64,000 nucleotides of DNA from Macrostomum lignano (Eukaryota), in NCBI GenBank assembly GCA_002269645.1, contig NIVC01000137.1, positions 627,688 to 691,687 on the forward strand. Direction: 5' to 3'. A program made the position numbers and the translations under genes. Positions 1 to 17,224 of the stretch are shown here, one piece after another. The notes beneath the pieces are model-generated. The model searched no databases, was not told the origin of the DNA, and saw nothing but the letters and a program-made list of their open reading frames with translations. How positions within the stretch are numbered: position 1 is the stretch's first letter; the number at the start of each line of letters is the position of its first letter.

Positions 1-1105
1 CCACCCGAGTCCCGGCTTCACCCGAAACTGAGGTTACAATTTTGAGTCAGGTGAACCGTAAAGGACTGGCAAGTATACAGAGGAGGGAAATGGTTTTTTC
101 AATACGGCAGCAAAAAATCGCACAATTTTTGAAGGACACACATCAGCCTCCGCTGCGCGCGATGCAGTAAGGGAAGAAAAGAATAATCGAGACTGGGAGA
201 AAAAAACTACCTCCAGAACCAGATTTAGGCGGCAGTAGAGCCCAGCTCAAATGAGACGCCGCGTCCATCAGGACCCCCCACTCCCCCACAGAAAAAGAAG
301 TTGCTCCCCTCAACCGCTCCAAGTCAGCGGGGGGGGGGTCGCTCGCTTCCTGCCTGCACAGCTTGATGGACTGAATTAGCTGTCCTTCAATCACGAAAAA
401 CTTCCAGTTGCATTTCATTGTTCAATAATTCTTTATTCTGAATTTCTTTGGGGGTCTTAATTAATTAATCAGAGGGTACTTTATTAGAGCTTTAAAAATT
501 ATGAGTAGTTAGATGCGGTTGATCTACTTTTTTGGACTGTCCTTTCCATGATCTCACCTGACCTGTTCTCAAACTTTGAGTCGTTTATTTGATTTCACAT
601 TAACTCCCGAAAAACTTTCAAAACTTTGCAGCATCTGTACAGGCCCTACCCAGAGATGTCGCAGCATCACAGGTCGGACTACCTGGCCATGGAGCACGTC
701 ACCCTCACCTGCGGCAGAGGTGGAATCGGCGGTCACAATACTTTCATGCGAGGCCCAGCGGTGCAGACTCCAATGAAGATGACCTGTCAAACGTCTCCGA
801 GGGTGAGACTTTAATAGATATCCTGTGCAGTCCTCTAGAGCTAATGCTTCACCCGTAATAGTACCTCAGATAATAGCTCTTAGCTCCGTGCACGCTCATC
901 CCTTGAGTCGATCCCCCAAACCCCAGGGCAGCGGCCAACTCCTGAAAAAATCAATTTCGATCTTTTTTCCGCGCCGACTCCCAGGGATTCTTCTTTCTTC
1001 TTCGAAAGCAGGGATGGTGAACTTAAAGAAGAATCTTTGGCAGTTAAAGGCCGACTAATGGGACGAATCGGGATGCATGAAAGCAGGCAGGCAATGCGAG
1101 AGAAA

Positions 1106-1108
<3 letters not shown>

Positions 1109-1144
<36 letters not shown>
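1109..1144. repeat. (CT)n microsatellite
   Basis: Pure ct run visible directly. Confidence 0.95.
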
Positions 1145-1147
<3 letters not shown>

Positions 1148-4100
1148 GTTAATGACAGGAAAAAAAGTTTTGAAAATTGCTTCAGGCCATGAGCGAATCG
1201 CAATTTTTACTTTCCTTCATTTAATTTCACCGAGGCGAAAGCAGCCGAGGAAACGACAGAGACTAGCTGCCAGATAAGCCCCATTGATTTATGGGCGAAG
1301 TTGCTTCAGTTCTGTGCTAAGATACCGTTAAAAACTTTCCACTCCTTAAAGAAGAGTTCACCCTACTCGCAGGAATTGAATTTGATAGCATTGAAGTGGT
1401 TTTGAGTCCCGCTTGGGAACTTGCGACTTTCTCTGCTCTCAATTTTCTGTTAGTTAATAGTTAAAAATAAATAAGGGTGGAGCAGATCAAAGTTGGCATT
1501 GGCCTGCCTTCTCAAGGGGGCTAACGATCAATGACTCATTCGGGTCTCAGTCTTGCAGCGAAAGAGAGACCTGCTGGAAGGAATACTTTAATTCCACTCT
1601 AGTGTGTTTTTCTTTACTCTCTTGAGCTTTAGTGGGATGCTGACGCTGCTTCCATGAGCATTAGTAGAGGCCGCCCTCCAGCCAAAACACACAGAGAACA
1701 AGTTCTCATTGTTGAGATTGCCTTAAGCATCCTTGCACAAGATTGTGAGTCTTCCTCAACCCTCCACCTATACCGTGTGGCAACGGAGAGACTGAGAGAC
1801 TTTTTGTTTCTCAACTAACCGGACAGCGATTCAAGTTCTGCCGGAAGACCGAGGCCTTTTACCCCAAATAATGGCATATAACAGGACTCATTTTAAGTAT
1901 GTTTAAACACCCCAGGGGGGTGGGTCGGGTTACCAAGTCTGGGTTTGGCATGTATATCGCTGAGTGTGGGCGGTGCCGACTCAGCACTCACAAGTGGATT
2001 ATTAGTCGCTAAGTCAGTCAGAAACCGCTTTACTTTGCGGGCAGGGGGGCTCTCTACAACAGTTTCTATTCAATTTCACTTACTACTATGAGCGTATGAG
2101 TCGGCGTGACTCGTGCTCCAAGAAGCTCGACACAAAACTCTCTCGCCAGCCCTTATCAGCCGCATTGATCCGTCTCGCATAGGAGATTTTAATTGGACAG
2201 AAGGTCAAAAGACTGAAACTGAAACGGTTCTGAGCCGACAGAACGATGGCTGAATGGGCAGACAGAAATGGATGAAGGGAGCGATTGCAAGAGCTCGAGA
2301 AAGAGAATTTGCTTTTCGCGTTTTTCTGGTGGTTAAGCTGGTCGGATCAGGGCCCGGGTGGGGGTCCCTTGGCTAATTGTGGATGACGCAATCAGTGAGG
2401 GGGAGTTGCAGCTCTCGCTTTGTCTGTGTGCGTGAGCCAAGATTTCGTCGCCTCCAGCATGCAGGCCGGACTGTGATTGCTGTGTGTGCAGCTGCTTCGT
2501 TGAGAAACCGCCTTTTCTAGTTTCTTCCTTTTTCCCTTCTTCTTTCCACTAATTTCCTCTTTCTCAAGACGGTTGGAACGTTCGGTTCAGTTGGTTTTGA
2601 CTCCCTCCCCTCAGTAGCGTGCTGAAAGTTAAATTCGGGTGGGATTTATCTCTGGTTATTGCGAAATCTGCTTTAGTCACACTGCATATGCACGAAGTTG
2701 CAATCAAGCTCGGGATTGAGAAGACATTGGTTATTAGCTGGCAAATTGCATTGGAGGATTATAAAGTGGCTGGTTAGGGTTGATACTATTTTAGATACTC
2801 GCTTACTTACTAAGAACAATTCGTGGTAAGAGTGACGCAGTCCAAAATCCCTATTAATTTATGCTGACTCGCATTGTAAACTATGCGAATCCGCCTTTCA
2901 CTCAGCAATGGCACCCTTCCCCCCCCGCGCTATATCGATCACCACTGCAGTGCTTTGGCCCGCATTTGGTCAATCGGAAATTGATACAGGAGGGTCACCG
3001 TATAGAGGCGTCCTCTGCTGGCATTTCCCGCACCCTGTCTATCAATTCTGCGAGGCACAGGGGATCGGGGGGGGTGGCAATTCCCGACTTTTTGCAATTC
3101 AATCTGGCAACTACGCCCGACTCAGTGTATCCCTAAGCTGCACCCAGCAAGGGAATGTGAAACCCTACAGCTGGATGCAGTGCTCACCCCATGGCATTGA
3201 TGACTTTCGATTGGCTTATTTTTTGTCTATCGCTGCTAAAATGGGAATGGCGCCGCCCAGATTTATCGCACCAACACTGAGGCGCCGGCAGTCTACGCAA
3301 CTGACCAAATTAGAGCCATTGTTCCGCTGAAAGCGGCCAAATTAATTCGATTAGTGATAGAATTTCCCGAACCGCCAACTATTTTGCTCGGCATTTTTCG
3401 AAACGACAGGTGGCGCAAATTTGTCGCGATTGAAGCATTGAAGCACTCGCCTTCAATTTGCCTATTTGGAAGCTGCGCCTGATTAGGGGGATCCCACTGA
3501 GTTTGGCATCGTAGCAAAATGGGAGGCTGTGCTAATAGGTAGGCGTGGCTGCTCGTGTGGTTACGTGCGCGTGTGTACATGTAGTGATTGCAACAACTTT
3601 CTTCAATCTCGATTCGTCCTCATCCCCCGGGGGCAATTTCTAGATGTTTCTATAAGCTTCCTATCGCGAGGAACCCCCTGGGCCAACACATACCCCTCTA
3701 TTCTTACTTACTATTGTATACAGCACAACCCCTGAAGGCTTTTCGGGCTTTCGCATATAAGAGAAGCAGATTTTAAGTGGTTGGTTTTCATAGGTGAAGA
3801 AGAGAGAGGCTCCCCGTATAACAAAATTCTCCACAGCCTAAATGCAGAAGCAAAAGACAAAGGATGAAATTGTTGAGCGACAACATTTACTTAGCGGGGA
3901 TAAAAATCCATCACTTTCTTCTTAGTCTGAGTGGCGAAGGAAGGAAGAGTCTGATCATTGCTGGATCTGTTCCCACAAAAAAAACGCCACCTGGAGGGAA
4001 GGCAAATAATATATGGGAGTGAAATTGGCACACACACTGCAGCAGGTAGGCAGCCTCTAAGCTTTCCATAGCACCTGCGCCGCTCGAGGCAATTAATCCC

Positions 4101-7100
4101 CGCGCAAGGATTGGAAAAACAGACACGGATGGAGGGGAGAGGCTGGGTGATGCTTCTCGCTTAGTCTCGACTTTTTTCCCATCAGTCATGCCGCTTTCAC
4201 CAAGACAAAAATTTATGAATGATTTTTTCTTTCCAATATTTCTAGCGGCAATTGTCAGAGAGGGAGAGGGAGAGGCCTTTAAGCTTTCTGCTTTCATCCT
4301 TTTAAAATTGATGCAGGCATTTCACCTCTGATCCCACATGTGGTAAGTCTGACTCTTTATCAGCTGAAAATTGCAATGAAAAACCTTGAAAAAAATTATT
4401 GATTTCAACAGCTACAGCTGCCCGGGGATTACTGGTTATGCTGGTTGACAAAAAACCTAGCAAAAATAAATTTAAACTCTGTTAAGCCCGGCTACGCAGT
4501 CACGGAATAGTCCAGGGCTAGCGCACCTCCTGTCAACAAAGCATATTTTTATCAAGATTTTTGCCTGTGGCCTGTGGGTGATAAATAAACTGACCAAAAC
4601 TTTTCTCAAATGTTTATCTAGTGAGGAAAGGCGGCAGGAAGTTTCATAGTGTGTGAATGAAAATTAAAAACTATATAGTCAACTTTAACACTCAAATGAG
4701 GCAGAAATAGGCTGGTCGTTTTGTTTAATTACTCCCTGACTCAGAGAGCTTCGAGCCCGGATCCGGTGAGCAGGGGAGGAGACATCATAGCCAGATGACA
4801 GTCCCAGGAAGGAAGTTCCGTGGCCAACTGACGTCAGAGCGCCCCAAAGGGTGGGGGACTTTCCCCTAGGGGTGTTATTCTCGAGTCAACACATAATCCT
4901 GTGTATCATGGCTAGTCATAACTGCGCAAATAGCCGATCTGTCAGGATCGATCTATTGGCTATTTGCTTAACCAACATTGGGGAGAATTTTCTATGATTT
5001 TTCCTTACTTAATCTTCCCTCAATTTTAATCAAATTTTGGTAGAAAGATTTTTTATACCAGGTGAAATGGCGATATGATACATATTTTTAACTGATTTTC
5101 GAGTCCAGCAAGTCTCATGATGGTCAAGAGAAGTATAGCCTAAGACCTAAGATTTCAATCAACCGCTGGGAATCAAGCCAGCACAATCAGTAGCTCAGTT
5201 TCCTCACAATATTAATTGACCTGATAAGGTCAAGATGACACCTAAGAGATAAGAACTAAACGGAGCTTGGCGGAGATGAAAGTCGAGAAGCAATTAGCAG
5301 CTGAGCTAGTAAGCGAAACACTTAATGAGTAAAGAGGCACCATTGAAACGCGAGGGTCCTTGTGCATGTAGTTTCTCTCATTGCCATGCAACACAATTGG
5401 CAACAATTATAAGTAAAAACTGTCAATCACTGCAGCCTTTGTTGCGAAGCGAGCTTTTTTTGCTTAATTTAGTCCGTTGTTGCTTCTTGTCTGCTTTTTT
5501 GAATTTCCTATCCATTTTCTTGTGTTCTTAGTAATTCTAAAGACGGCCGAACAACATCTGCTTAGAGGCCTGTTTGAAATTTAAAGCATCTCTAGGCGCA
5601 GTGCCCAGTGAGCTCAATCTCAGCTGTCTCATAATTTGCACAGGGCATGCTGAGCCCCGCCTTGTATGCAGCAACGAAGGTTTTTTCTTTGCCTTCGCGA
5701 ACAAAATTGCGGGGTATTGAGCCGCGTTAGTCGTTCGTTCGCATGTTGTGGGAAAGTATAATTTCTTCTAGAAGAGCTCGCCGAAAAATTGCGTCCAAGG
5801 GTCTTGTAATGCAATGTAATAGTTAGAGCTTGAGAAAATTACAACTGCATTTGGTCATCAAAGGCTTTGTATCGAGACAACCAGTTCAAAATGCTCCACG
5901 GCTCGTCTCTACTGTGTTTGTTGAATTTTGGGGGGGGGGGCAGAGTCGGTCTTTTATGGCCCGTAATTTCTTGCAGTGCTCTATGCAGAAATTATCCGAT
6001 ATTGAGAGACTCGCTTCCGACCAAGGTTCTAAGATCTGGCGGTATTATGGCTGATAGGAGGAGTAAGAGAGACAGAGACAAAACAAATTCTCAATTGAAT
6101 TTGTCACCAACAGGCTCAATTGCCCACTTGAAAATGTGTTTACCCTGTGGCTGCATGACAAGCTTTTTCTCTGCCCTGCGAGTATATGCAGTTTGTTTAA
6201 TTATTGAGAAAGCTGCACTGGAAGGTTGAAGCTGTAGACGGTTTTATAATTCTTAAAAAATGGAAATAATGTTGTTTATAATTTATTTTGATGCCCGTGT
6301 ACGAGTACCTTTACGCTGGTAACCTAGAAAATTTAATGGGCGAATAGCAAATAACTTTACCAGACTCAAACTATCTCGAACTTTTTTTCATTTCCTCATA
6401 CTTCCCGACTTGGTTATAGTCAGTCCACATTAGCGTAGTGAACTGTTCACTATTTGTGATATCAGCCATCTGCTCCTGGCTTCTGTGTGAATCCGCAGCA
6501 ATAACATAACATACGAGGTTTGAACGCATATTTTCCTAGCATTCTTTTCAATCCTGCACTGCTGCGATTCGGTATTTTGGTGCGCGCAGCATTTTTGCAC
6601 GCCGCTAAGATGGACAATCAAGTGTCGCTGGGAGAACTAGAAAACCTGGGAACGGACAACTAACAGGAGTAGCAATCAGCAAGCCGCTTCAATTCCATTG
6701 CCTCTTTCACCTGAGGCTGCTGATGCCCGTTCCCCAAACCAACTTAGCAATTTACAGTTGTCAAAATGTTTGTCGGCAATTAACTGCTAAGACTGCCACG
6801 CGGCTGTTGTTGCATAATAAGCTCGTTGACTGTGGGGTGCCGCGACGGTCTTCTGTCTTCGCCATCCGACTTTCCACTTCCAGCAGGCAGTCTCTCTCTC
6901 GTTCGCAAAAATAAATCTTTCAAAAGGAGACCAGAGCCGGAGACCAGGGGAGAGTGCCAAGGGTGCAGATAGTGATCTCTGATTTGTCTGGCTGTGCCTG
7001 CTAACGGGTCAGTCCGTCTGCCTGGGGTCCCCAAACCCGAAAGCATCGTAAATTCTTTCCAAGCAAACGTGATACGGGCTGGTAGATCTTCGAGAAAATG

Positions 7101-7888
7101 GAGAAAATTGAACGGCCAGAGACGGAGACAGAAAGAGGGAAAGCGACAGTTGACCTAGCGACCAAACTTTGGGGTTTGTTAAAACAAAGGCTGGGCCCGA
7201 CTTCCCATCACACCTCCTTGCGGATGGGAAGGCCCGAAACCCTTTCACCGCACGGGGGAGTTTTGAAACGCTTTGATGAATCTGGCCAGAATGCATTTGG
7301 GAAGAGTCGCGGGTCAACCATTCGAGACTGCATATTATTTGAAGTGTGAACTGGAATGGGGTTGTAATAGAGCGTCATGCCGTCATCGAAGGTGTGAATT
7401 TTTTCGGGGTCTCAGCTCTTCCCTTGGGAGTTGACTTTTCTGTGCGCAGTAGGCGGGCGGTGGCGGCGGCACCATTAATGTTTTTTCTCATTCACTCCGA
7501 CCGATGGGGGGTCGCGCTCTTCACCTTCCTCTATAGTGTTAGCTAGCGCTGGTCTTTGTTGCAGCCGCATTTGGGCATCTTCCGTAAAAAGTGTCTGAAA
7601 TTCCGAAATGGGTTGCATTGTGCCCGAAATTAGTGACAAGGGCGCGAACAGACAGTGTATAAGGGCTATCCTCTAGTTGCCATGGAGGTTAAATTTGCCC
7701 CCACCTCACTGCAGTTCTATAGGAACCTTGCGTGCGAAGTTAATCGAAATTAAATTTTGGCTGACGGTAGCAATCCAGTTTAGAAAAAACACGTTAACTT
7801 AGTTATTTTAATTAACCGCCATACGAGCTACAATGAAGTTTATAATTATGGACCGAATCAAAGCCGTGAAACTGCCACAAAATTGCAG

Positions 7889-8188
7889 ATTCACATGCAG
7901 ACATCCTCATCATTGGGCGGTGGCGCCTCCAGCGGCGGCGGCGGCGGTGGCTCCGAAGTGACGGCAATCACCACAACCGGTGGCAGTTCCATTGCTGGTG
8001 GCGGCGCCGGCGCCACCCTCTGCCTGCACGAGCGCCGACACTCCGAGGAAGATGCCAGCGTTGACGATTCTGGACGCGGCGGCTCCATGGAGGATCTGCG
8101 ACAGCAAAAACAACAACAGCAGCAGCAGCAGCATGCGGTGTTCAAACCAAAGCCCGCAGAATCCGCCGTTGGTGGGACAATGATCTAA
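7889..8188 (+). CDS. Probable terminal coding exon of a gene whose upstream exons were not found (Gly/Ser-rich, poly-Q, ends ...GGTMI*)
   Basis: GC-rich open frame after ttgcag (AG 7887-7888). Codon usage resembles the other genes here. Contains DDSGRGGS and a C-terminal T-x-I. The acceptor is weak and no upstream exon was identified. Confidence 0.55.
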   Translation: MHMQTSSSLGGGASSGGGGGGSEVTAITTTGGSSIAGGGAGATLCLHERRHSEEDASVDDSGRGGSMEDLRQQKQQQQQQQHAVFKPKPAESAVGGTMI

Positions 8189-10769
8189 GCAAAGAACTGC
8201 ACTTTGAAAACACATTACAGCTTCGACGGTGCATTTGCCGTAGTCTTGTCCGTTGCTTGTCGAAGATAGTACACTAAGATCTTGTGCTCAGAAGTTCATA
8301 TAAACAGGCCAGTTTGTAAGCATTCGAGTTCTACCGAGTAAATGCGAGTCGATGACTCTTTCTGCGCCCTGTACATGTAAAAGTAACGTTTAAAGTCGTA
8401 TTGTTGCATGTCCATATTTATACGCAAATCACTTACTGGATAGTACAGGTTACATTGGTTAGGAAATTACAATTATTATTGCCGTTTCTTTCCAACATTG
8501 TTCGTCCCCTAATTGACCCAATTTTTCAATTATGCGGTTATTGATTATTGTTCATAAAGTTATGTATAAAAAACAACAGACACTCAATCTCTGAACGGTG
8601 TATATAGAATTTGTAGTTGAGCGCGAACTTCGGCTTGATTTTATAGCAATAATTGTTTAGATGCTTTCTTGTTGTCAATGCTGCTGTTAGAGCGAAATTC
8701 AATGCACTGTTACAGGAAAATGAAATATTTTTTAAATTATGTTTTGCTAATAATTAATTGTTATCTCTAGTCAGTGCGCAGACACTGGATCGAATAACGG
8801 AAAGTTTACCTTTATCAACGAATTTTAGTCATAATTGATTGATTAGTGCGTTAAATGCTAGCCTACAGAAACTCTGAGTGCAATATTATTAATATACGGG
8901 TAACTTGCTGACTCACTATTGTTTCTTTTAGAAGAATACGTGACTCTGACAATTGCACTTGACAATTTAAATTTACTGTTAGATATTTTGTATAGCCTGT
9001 GTATAATTGTAACATACAGATGAATACAATTTTTATATTTGCAACATGCCGCATATGGCACAGCCGCTCTTATATATTGGTAGAAATAAAGCAAAGCACA
9101 ACTGAAAGACACTTTCAAGGGAAAGTACATTTGTAGAATCCGCGTCGTTTTAAAAAAAGTAAAACTCTTCTATTCTCTGATTGTTTGATTAAAAGGCGAG
9201 AAGAGCCATTGTGCCACAATATAGAAAGGATCTTATAGAAGACATTACACGGGCAAAGTTGCGCATGACACATACTTCAGTTTAATGCAGTGCAAGCCCC
9301 AATTCTAAATGGACTCAACAGGTTAAATAAAGTGATTGAGTGACGCCTGTCACAACTCAGTCACGCTATCGTGTCGACCACTTGACCGCACTGTGAGCGC
9401 AAAAAAATCAGCAGCCTGCACCAACTGAGTAAACTGCGTGTTTCACGGAGCCAGCTTGAGACCTACAGCCACGAAAATAATCAGAGGAATGCTGATGGCA
9501 CGGGGGACCTTGTTGGGGTTTTTTTGACAAAGCAGAGCTCTCCGCTCAAACAACTGCACTTAAGCGCATTTGTAAAGAGATGTCTCAGCTAGTTAGGCAC
9601 TACGTGATTCACAATGTTCCTTTGTAGAGTTACTGCAATATGTCATTAGTACGTTAAGTTTGTTCAGCAGATTTTTTTACAAATGAAAATATGAGGTCGT
9701 TTTCATGTATGCACCTGGTGGGAAAACATATTTTAGACGAAGCTTTGAGAACACTGATCGAGATTAGAGGACGGAGTATTCTTGACCAGAGCATGGGATA
9801 GATATCCCCATGACAGCGGCCCGCACTAAAAGCATGTACAGCTGGGTCAATGAGACGACGGGAAAGTTTTTTGTTGATTTTCCTAATGCATTTTGCCGGG
9901 TGAGCAACTCGCTTAGGACAGATTTTTTATAGTCAAGTGTTCCTCTCTATGTCCCTAAATTCCATTTTTTATATTTGCATCTGTACGCTTGTTAGCTTAC
10001 TGACAAGTAGCGAGATAGCTCGTACGAATGAAACGATACTTAGCGCCAATATGGGGAAACTTATAAAAGAAGTTTCTCGAAGTAATGACGTCTTTTGCAA
10101 CCTTTAATCAGTCGCCCGCCGACCAACAAATTTTAAGAAGCTCCAAAGGTTCTATGATTATATATATGTCGTGCGTATGACTGTTAGGGTAGCTACACGC
10201 ATCGCGAAATTGGCTACTTGCATCAGGATAAATAGAGTTTAGTCGAATATTTAGCTTACAACGAAAAACTAACAACTTACTAGTATAAGACACTTGGATG
10301 TTATCGCGTGTAAAGCAAGAAGATGCTGAACAGGGCATAAAGTGCTTCCTTCGGGACGTTCTATACAAGCGATTCACATTTTCTGAACTCATATAATAGC
10401 CATAGTGTGTTCACCCTTAAGTAGGAAAAAGCTAGTTCGAAACCACCGTCGACGTGGCCTCCTGACTGGCATGACGCTCTCTCTCTCTTCTGGGATAGGC
10501 TAGCTCGCGAATTACACACAGCTACACAAAATTTTTTTTGCTATTTTTGTAGTTGAAAATTATAGTTAAAAATTATATTTCGATTACCGTCAATAGTAGA
10601 CGGCTGAAAAGCTTATGTAAATCCAAGCCAATAGTAAGCTGACACTGTAAGAGACACGGTTTCAGATTGCAGAGATAAGCGGTATAATATCAACTGAAAT
10701 ATAAGGCTGGTCGCTGGTAGGCCCACGGTAAGCCATTTGTTCAAGGCAGCTATTGAATATAATTCTAAA

Positions 10770-14015
<3,246 letters not shown>

Positions 14016-14848
14016 GCAGAATCGAAGCTCTTTCATGCGACTAAACAATAGCAATGAGTACTGTATGACTTTCCCTTGTTTGAATGCTAAAACGAATTCC
14101 AGCGATACTACTTATAGTAAAGTGTACCATACTTGGAATTTTTCTCACGAATCTGCGTAGTTTAGGTGCAGTGCTGTAAGAAGTAAATATTTTCTAGACA
14201 ACTTTTCCGCAATCCCGGGGGCATACTAATTAACTTTTTAACCTTGAGTGCATGGTAAGGTTAAGTTTTCAGAATAAAAATAAACAATAGAAATGTTTGA
14301 CAACCAGGTACGAATTATTGGTTTGTAAAAGTAGCTCGTGCATAAATTTTCAAATTGTTTCAAGTGAAAAGTTGACTGGTCGATCAAACATGCGCGCTTA
14401 TGCCAGTGTGCGGTTAAAGCACTGATGGTAGATTCAAATGCGCAGTTATTCAGGCAGCCATCCTTCCTCATAAAAAATTCTCAGAATTGGCAGCAATGAT
14501 GAAGGAAATATGGAAGACATCCTCGTCAGTCGAAAACAGTTAGACCAACAGTGTCGGCTGCTGAAAGCAGGAGTAAGACGGAAATAATGAGCAAAAGCTT
14601 TTTTCGCAGCCAACAAGAATAGCTAATTAGAGCTGCAAACAATGGCCACCTGTTGCTGGGCCGCTTGTCTGTCTATTGGGAAGTTTGTAAAATTTTAATT
14701 GGGTAACAGTGACAGAGTCTTAGCTTTCACAATGCGCTAACGGTTTCCCAAGTCTTTTTAAAAAGCAAGTTTTCTGCCTGCAAGAGATTCTGCTAGCTTG
14801 ATAGAACGTCGTGCCCCGAGAAGCGTCAACTAAAGCCAAACCAAGCCG

Positions 14849-15592
14849 ATGGGATCTGAACTGAGGTTAATTTTGTTTATTAGCACCTTGAGCGCCCAGC
14901 TGCTGTCGGTGTGGGCCCAGTGCCCAGCCCCGTTCAACCTCGAGGCCGGCAAGTGCGTGTTCGTTAACACCGCTCAGAGCTTCAGCTGGTGCGAGGCCAA
15001 CCGGCAGTGCGCCATGATCGGAGGCGAGCTGCGCAACTCGTACAGCTCTCTGCACCTGCTTGGAAGCATGCCGAGCATGAACTGCGACTGCCGCCTGTGG
15101 CTTGGAGTGACCGACTTGGCCGATGAGAGAGGCTCGAGCAGATCCGGCTGGCAGAGAATCAACAGCAATGACATTGTTCCGCTGAATGACTCCATCTGGG
15201 AAGCACTCACTGAGCCGAATATGGGAGTTTTTGAGAACTGCATGCTTCAGACTGCTGGGAGTGGCGCAGGCAAGCTGGGAAACAACCCGTGCTCAATTCC
15301 CCGTGGCTTCGTCTGTGAGTTCAGTTCAAGTGCTGTCTCGTCGCCAATTAAGTGGAAGCAGATTCCGTTCAAGCGAACCAGCTACCATGCCAGCACTGAG
15401 TACTGCTACTCTGACCTGACCAATGTTCACTCCGAGCTGGCTTGTGTCATGTCAGCTTTCAATTCTGGCAACTGCAGACACGTGCTGTACAACAGCAAGC
15501 TGAGAGCCTGCCGCCTGCTGCTGTTCACCGACGCTCAGGTGGAGGCCGAGATCGAGACGAGCGCCGACTGGGTCAAGTTCAGCGTGTTTTGA
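14849..15592 (+). CDS. Secreted C-type lectin (EPN) + C-terminal PAN/apple-like domain, copy 1 (247 aa, intronless)
   Basis: Signal peptide, long-form CTLD (CPAPF..EAGKC, WCEANRQC, LWLGVTD, EPN, ENC, C..PRGFVCE), then a 4-Cys PAN-like module (C..SAFNSGNCRHVLYNSKLRACRL). The PAN assignment is from the Cys/aromatic pattern only. Confidence 0.9.
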   Translation: MGSELRLILFISTLSAQLLSVWAQCPAPFNLEAGKCVFVNTAQSFSWCEANRQCAMIGGELRNSYSSLHLLGSMPSMNCDCRLWLGVTDLADERGSSRSGWQRINSNDIVPLNDSIWEALTEPNMGVFENCMLQTAGSGAGKLGNNPCSIPRGFVCEFSSSAVSSPIKWKQIPFKRTSYHASTEYCYSDLTNVHSELACVMSAFNSGNCRHVLYNSKLRACRLLLFTDAQVEAEIETSADWVKFSVF

Positions 15593-16205
15593 GCAATTTT
15601 AGATGGTGAAGTCACTTAACCAATAAGTAGTGTACGGAGGTTTAGCAAACTTTTGAATTTTTTTTGTAAAGAAGCAGCCTATTTTGTTAAATTCATAGTT
15701 AACGTATTAATGACAGAATAGAAACGAAAAAAAGTAAAAGTTGATGAATTCATATTATCGAAATGTACACTTTTTTCCACGAACCGCTTTGACTGAGCAA
15801 TAATTAAAATCCTTAGGGTCCTACTGATTTTCATTAGGTCGATTTTTGGTACAACGCTTGTTTATTCCTCATTTAGAGTTGGAATCAAAATTTCTAAATC
15901 TATTTATAAGTTTTAGAAAGCTGAAAATGAGCTCGTGATTAATAAAACCAACCGAATATGAAATAAAATTGGTCGACATGATATTTCGTGTTTGATGCAA
16001 ATTAATTTTCTGAACTTCAGCTTTGGTTTCTTTTGAGTTTCCCTCCAAATTTGGTGTTCTAAGCTATGACTGGCATTTCACGCTGTGCTTTTGACCAGGG
16101 GCGTTGCCATGTGTTTTATTGTGGGGGACGAAGCCAAGGATTCCACATGTACATTACTGAATTCCTACATGTACATTGGGAATCAGTGTTGTTACCACTC
16201 ATTCT

Positions 16206-17224
16206 AGCGCCGCAGGCACTCATTTTGGCACAACAGGCGCTCATTTTGGCACAACAAGCACTCATTTTGGCACAACAGGCACTCATTTTGGCACAACAGG
16301 CACTTATTTTGGCACAACAGGCACTTATTTTGGCACTACAGGCACTCATTTTGGCACTACAGGCACTCATTTTGGCGCTGCAGGCACTCATGTTAGCGCC
16401 GCATTCACTCATTTTGACGCCGCAGGTACTAATTTTGGCGCCGCAGGCACTCATTTTGGCGCCGCAGACACTCATTTTGGCGCCGCAGGCACTCATTTTG
16501 GCACAACAGGCGCTCATTTTGGCACAACAAGCACTCATTTTGGCACAACAGGCACTCATTTTGGCACAGCAGGCGCTCATTTTGGCACAACAAGCACTCA
16601 TTTTGGCACAACAGGCACTCATTTTGGCACAACAGGCACTTATTTTGGCACAACAGGCACTTATTTTGGCACTACAGGCACTCATTTTGGCGCTGCAGGC
16701 ACTCATGTTAGCGCCGCATTCACTCATTTTGACGCCGCAGGTACTAATTTTGGCGCCGCAGGCACTCATTTTGGCGCCGCAGGCACTCATTTTGGCGCCG
16801 CAGGCACTCATTTTGGCGCCGCAGGCACTCATTTTGACGCCGCAGGTACTAATTTTGGCGCCGCAGGCACTCATTTTGGCGCCGCAGGCACTCATTTTGA
16901 CGCCGCAGGTACTAATTTTGGCGCCGCAGGCACTCATTTTGGCGCCGCAGGCACTCATTTTGGCGCCGCAGGCACTCATTTTGGCGCTGCAGGCACTCAT
17001 TTTGGCGCCGCAGGCACTCATTTTGGCGCCGCAGGCACTCATTTTGGCGCTGCAGGCACTCATTTTGGCGCTGCAGGCACTCATTTTGGCGCCGCAGGCA
17101 CTCATTTTGGCGCTGCAGGCACTCATTTTGGCGCCGCAGGCACTCATTTTGGCGCTGCAGGCACTCATTTTGGCGCCGCAGGCACTCATTTTGGCGCTGC
17201 AGGCACTCATTTTGGCACCGCAGA
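16206..17224. repeat. 21-bp minisatellite (ggcactcattttggcgccgca), about 48 units with higher-order structure
   Basis: Visible directly; the long ORFs over it are repeat artefacts. Confidence 0.97.

Noticed and set aside
4480-5320. Solo LTR (TGTTAAG...GAAACA)
   Set aside because: No TSD, no second copy, no PBS/PPT; TG...CA alone is expected by chance.
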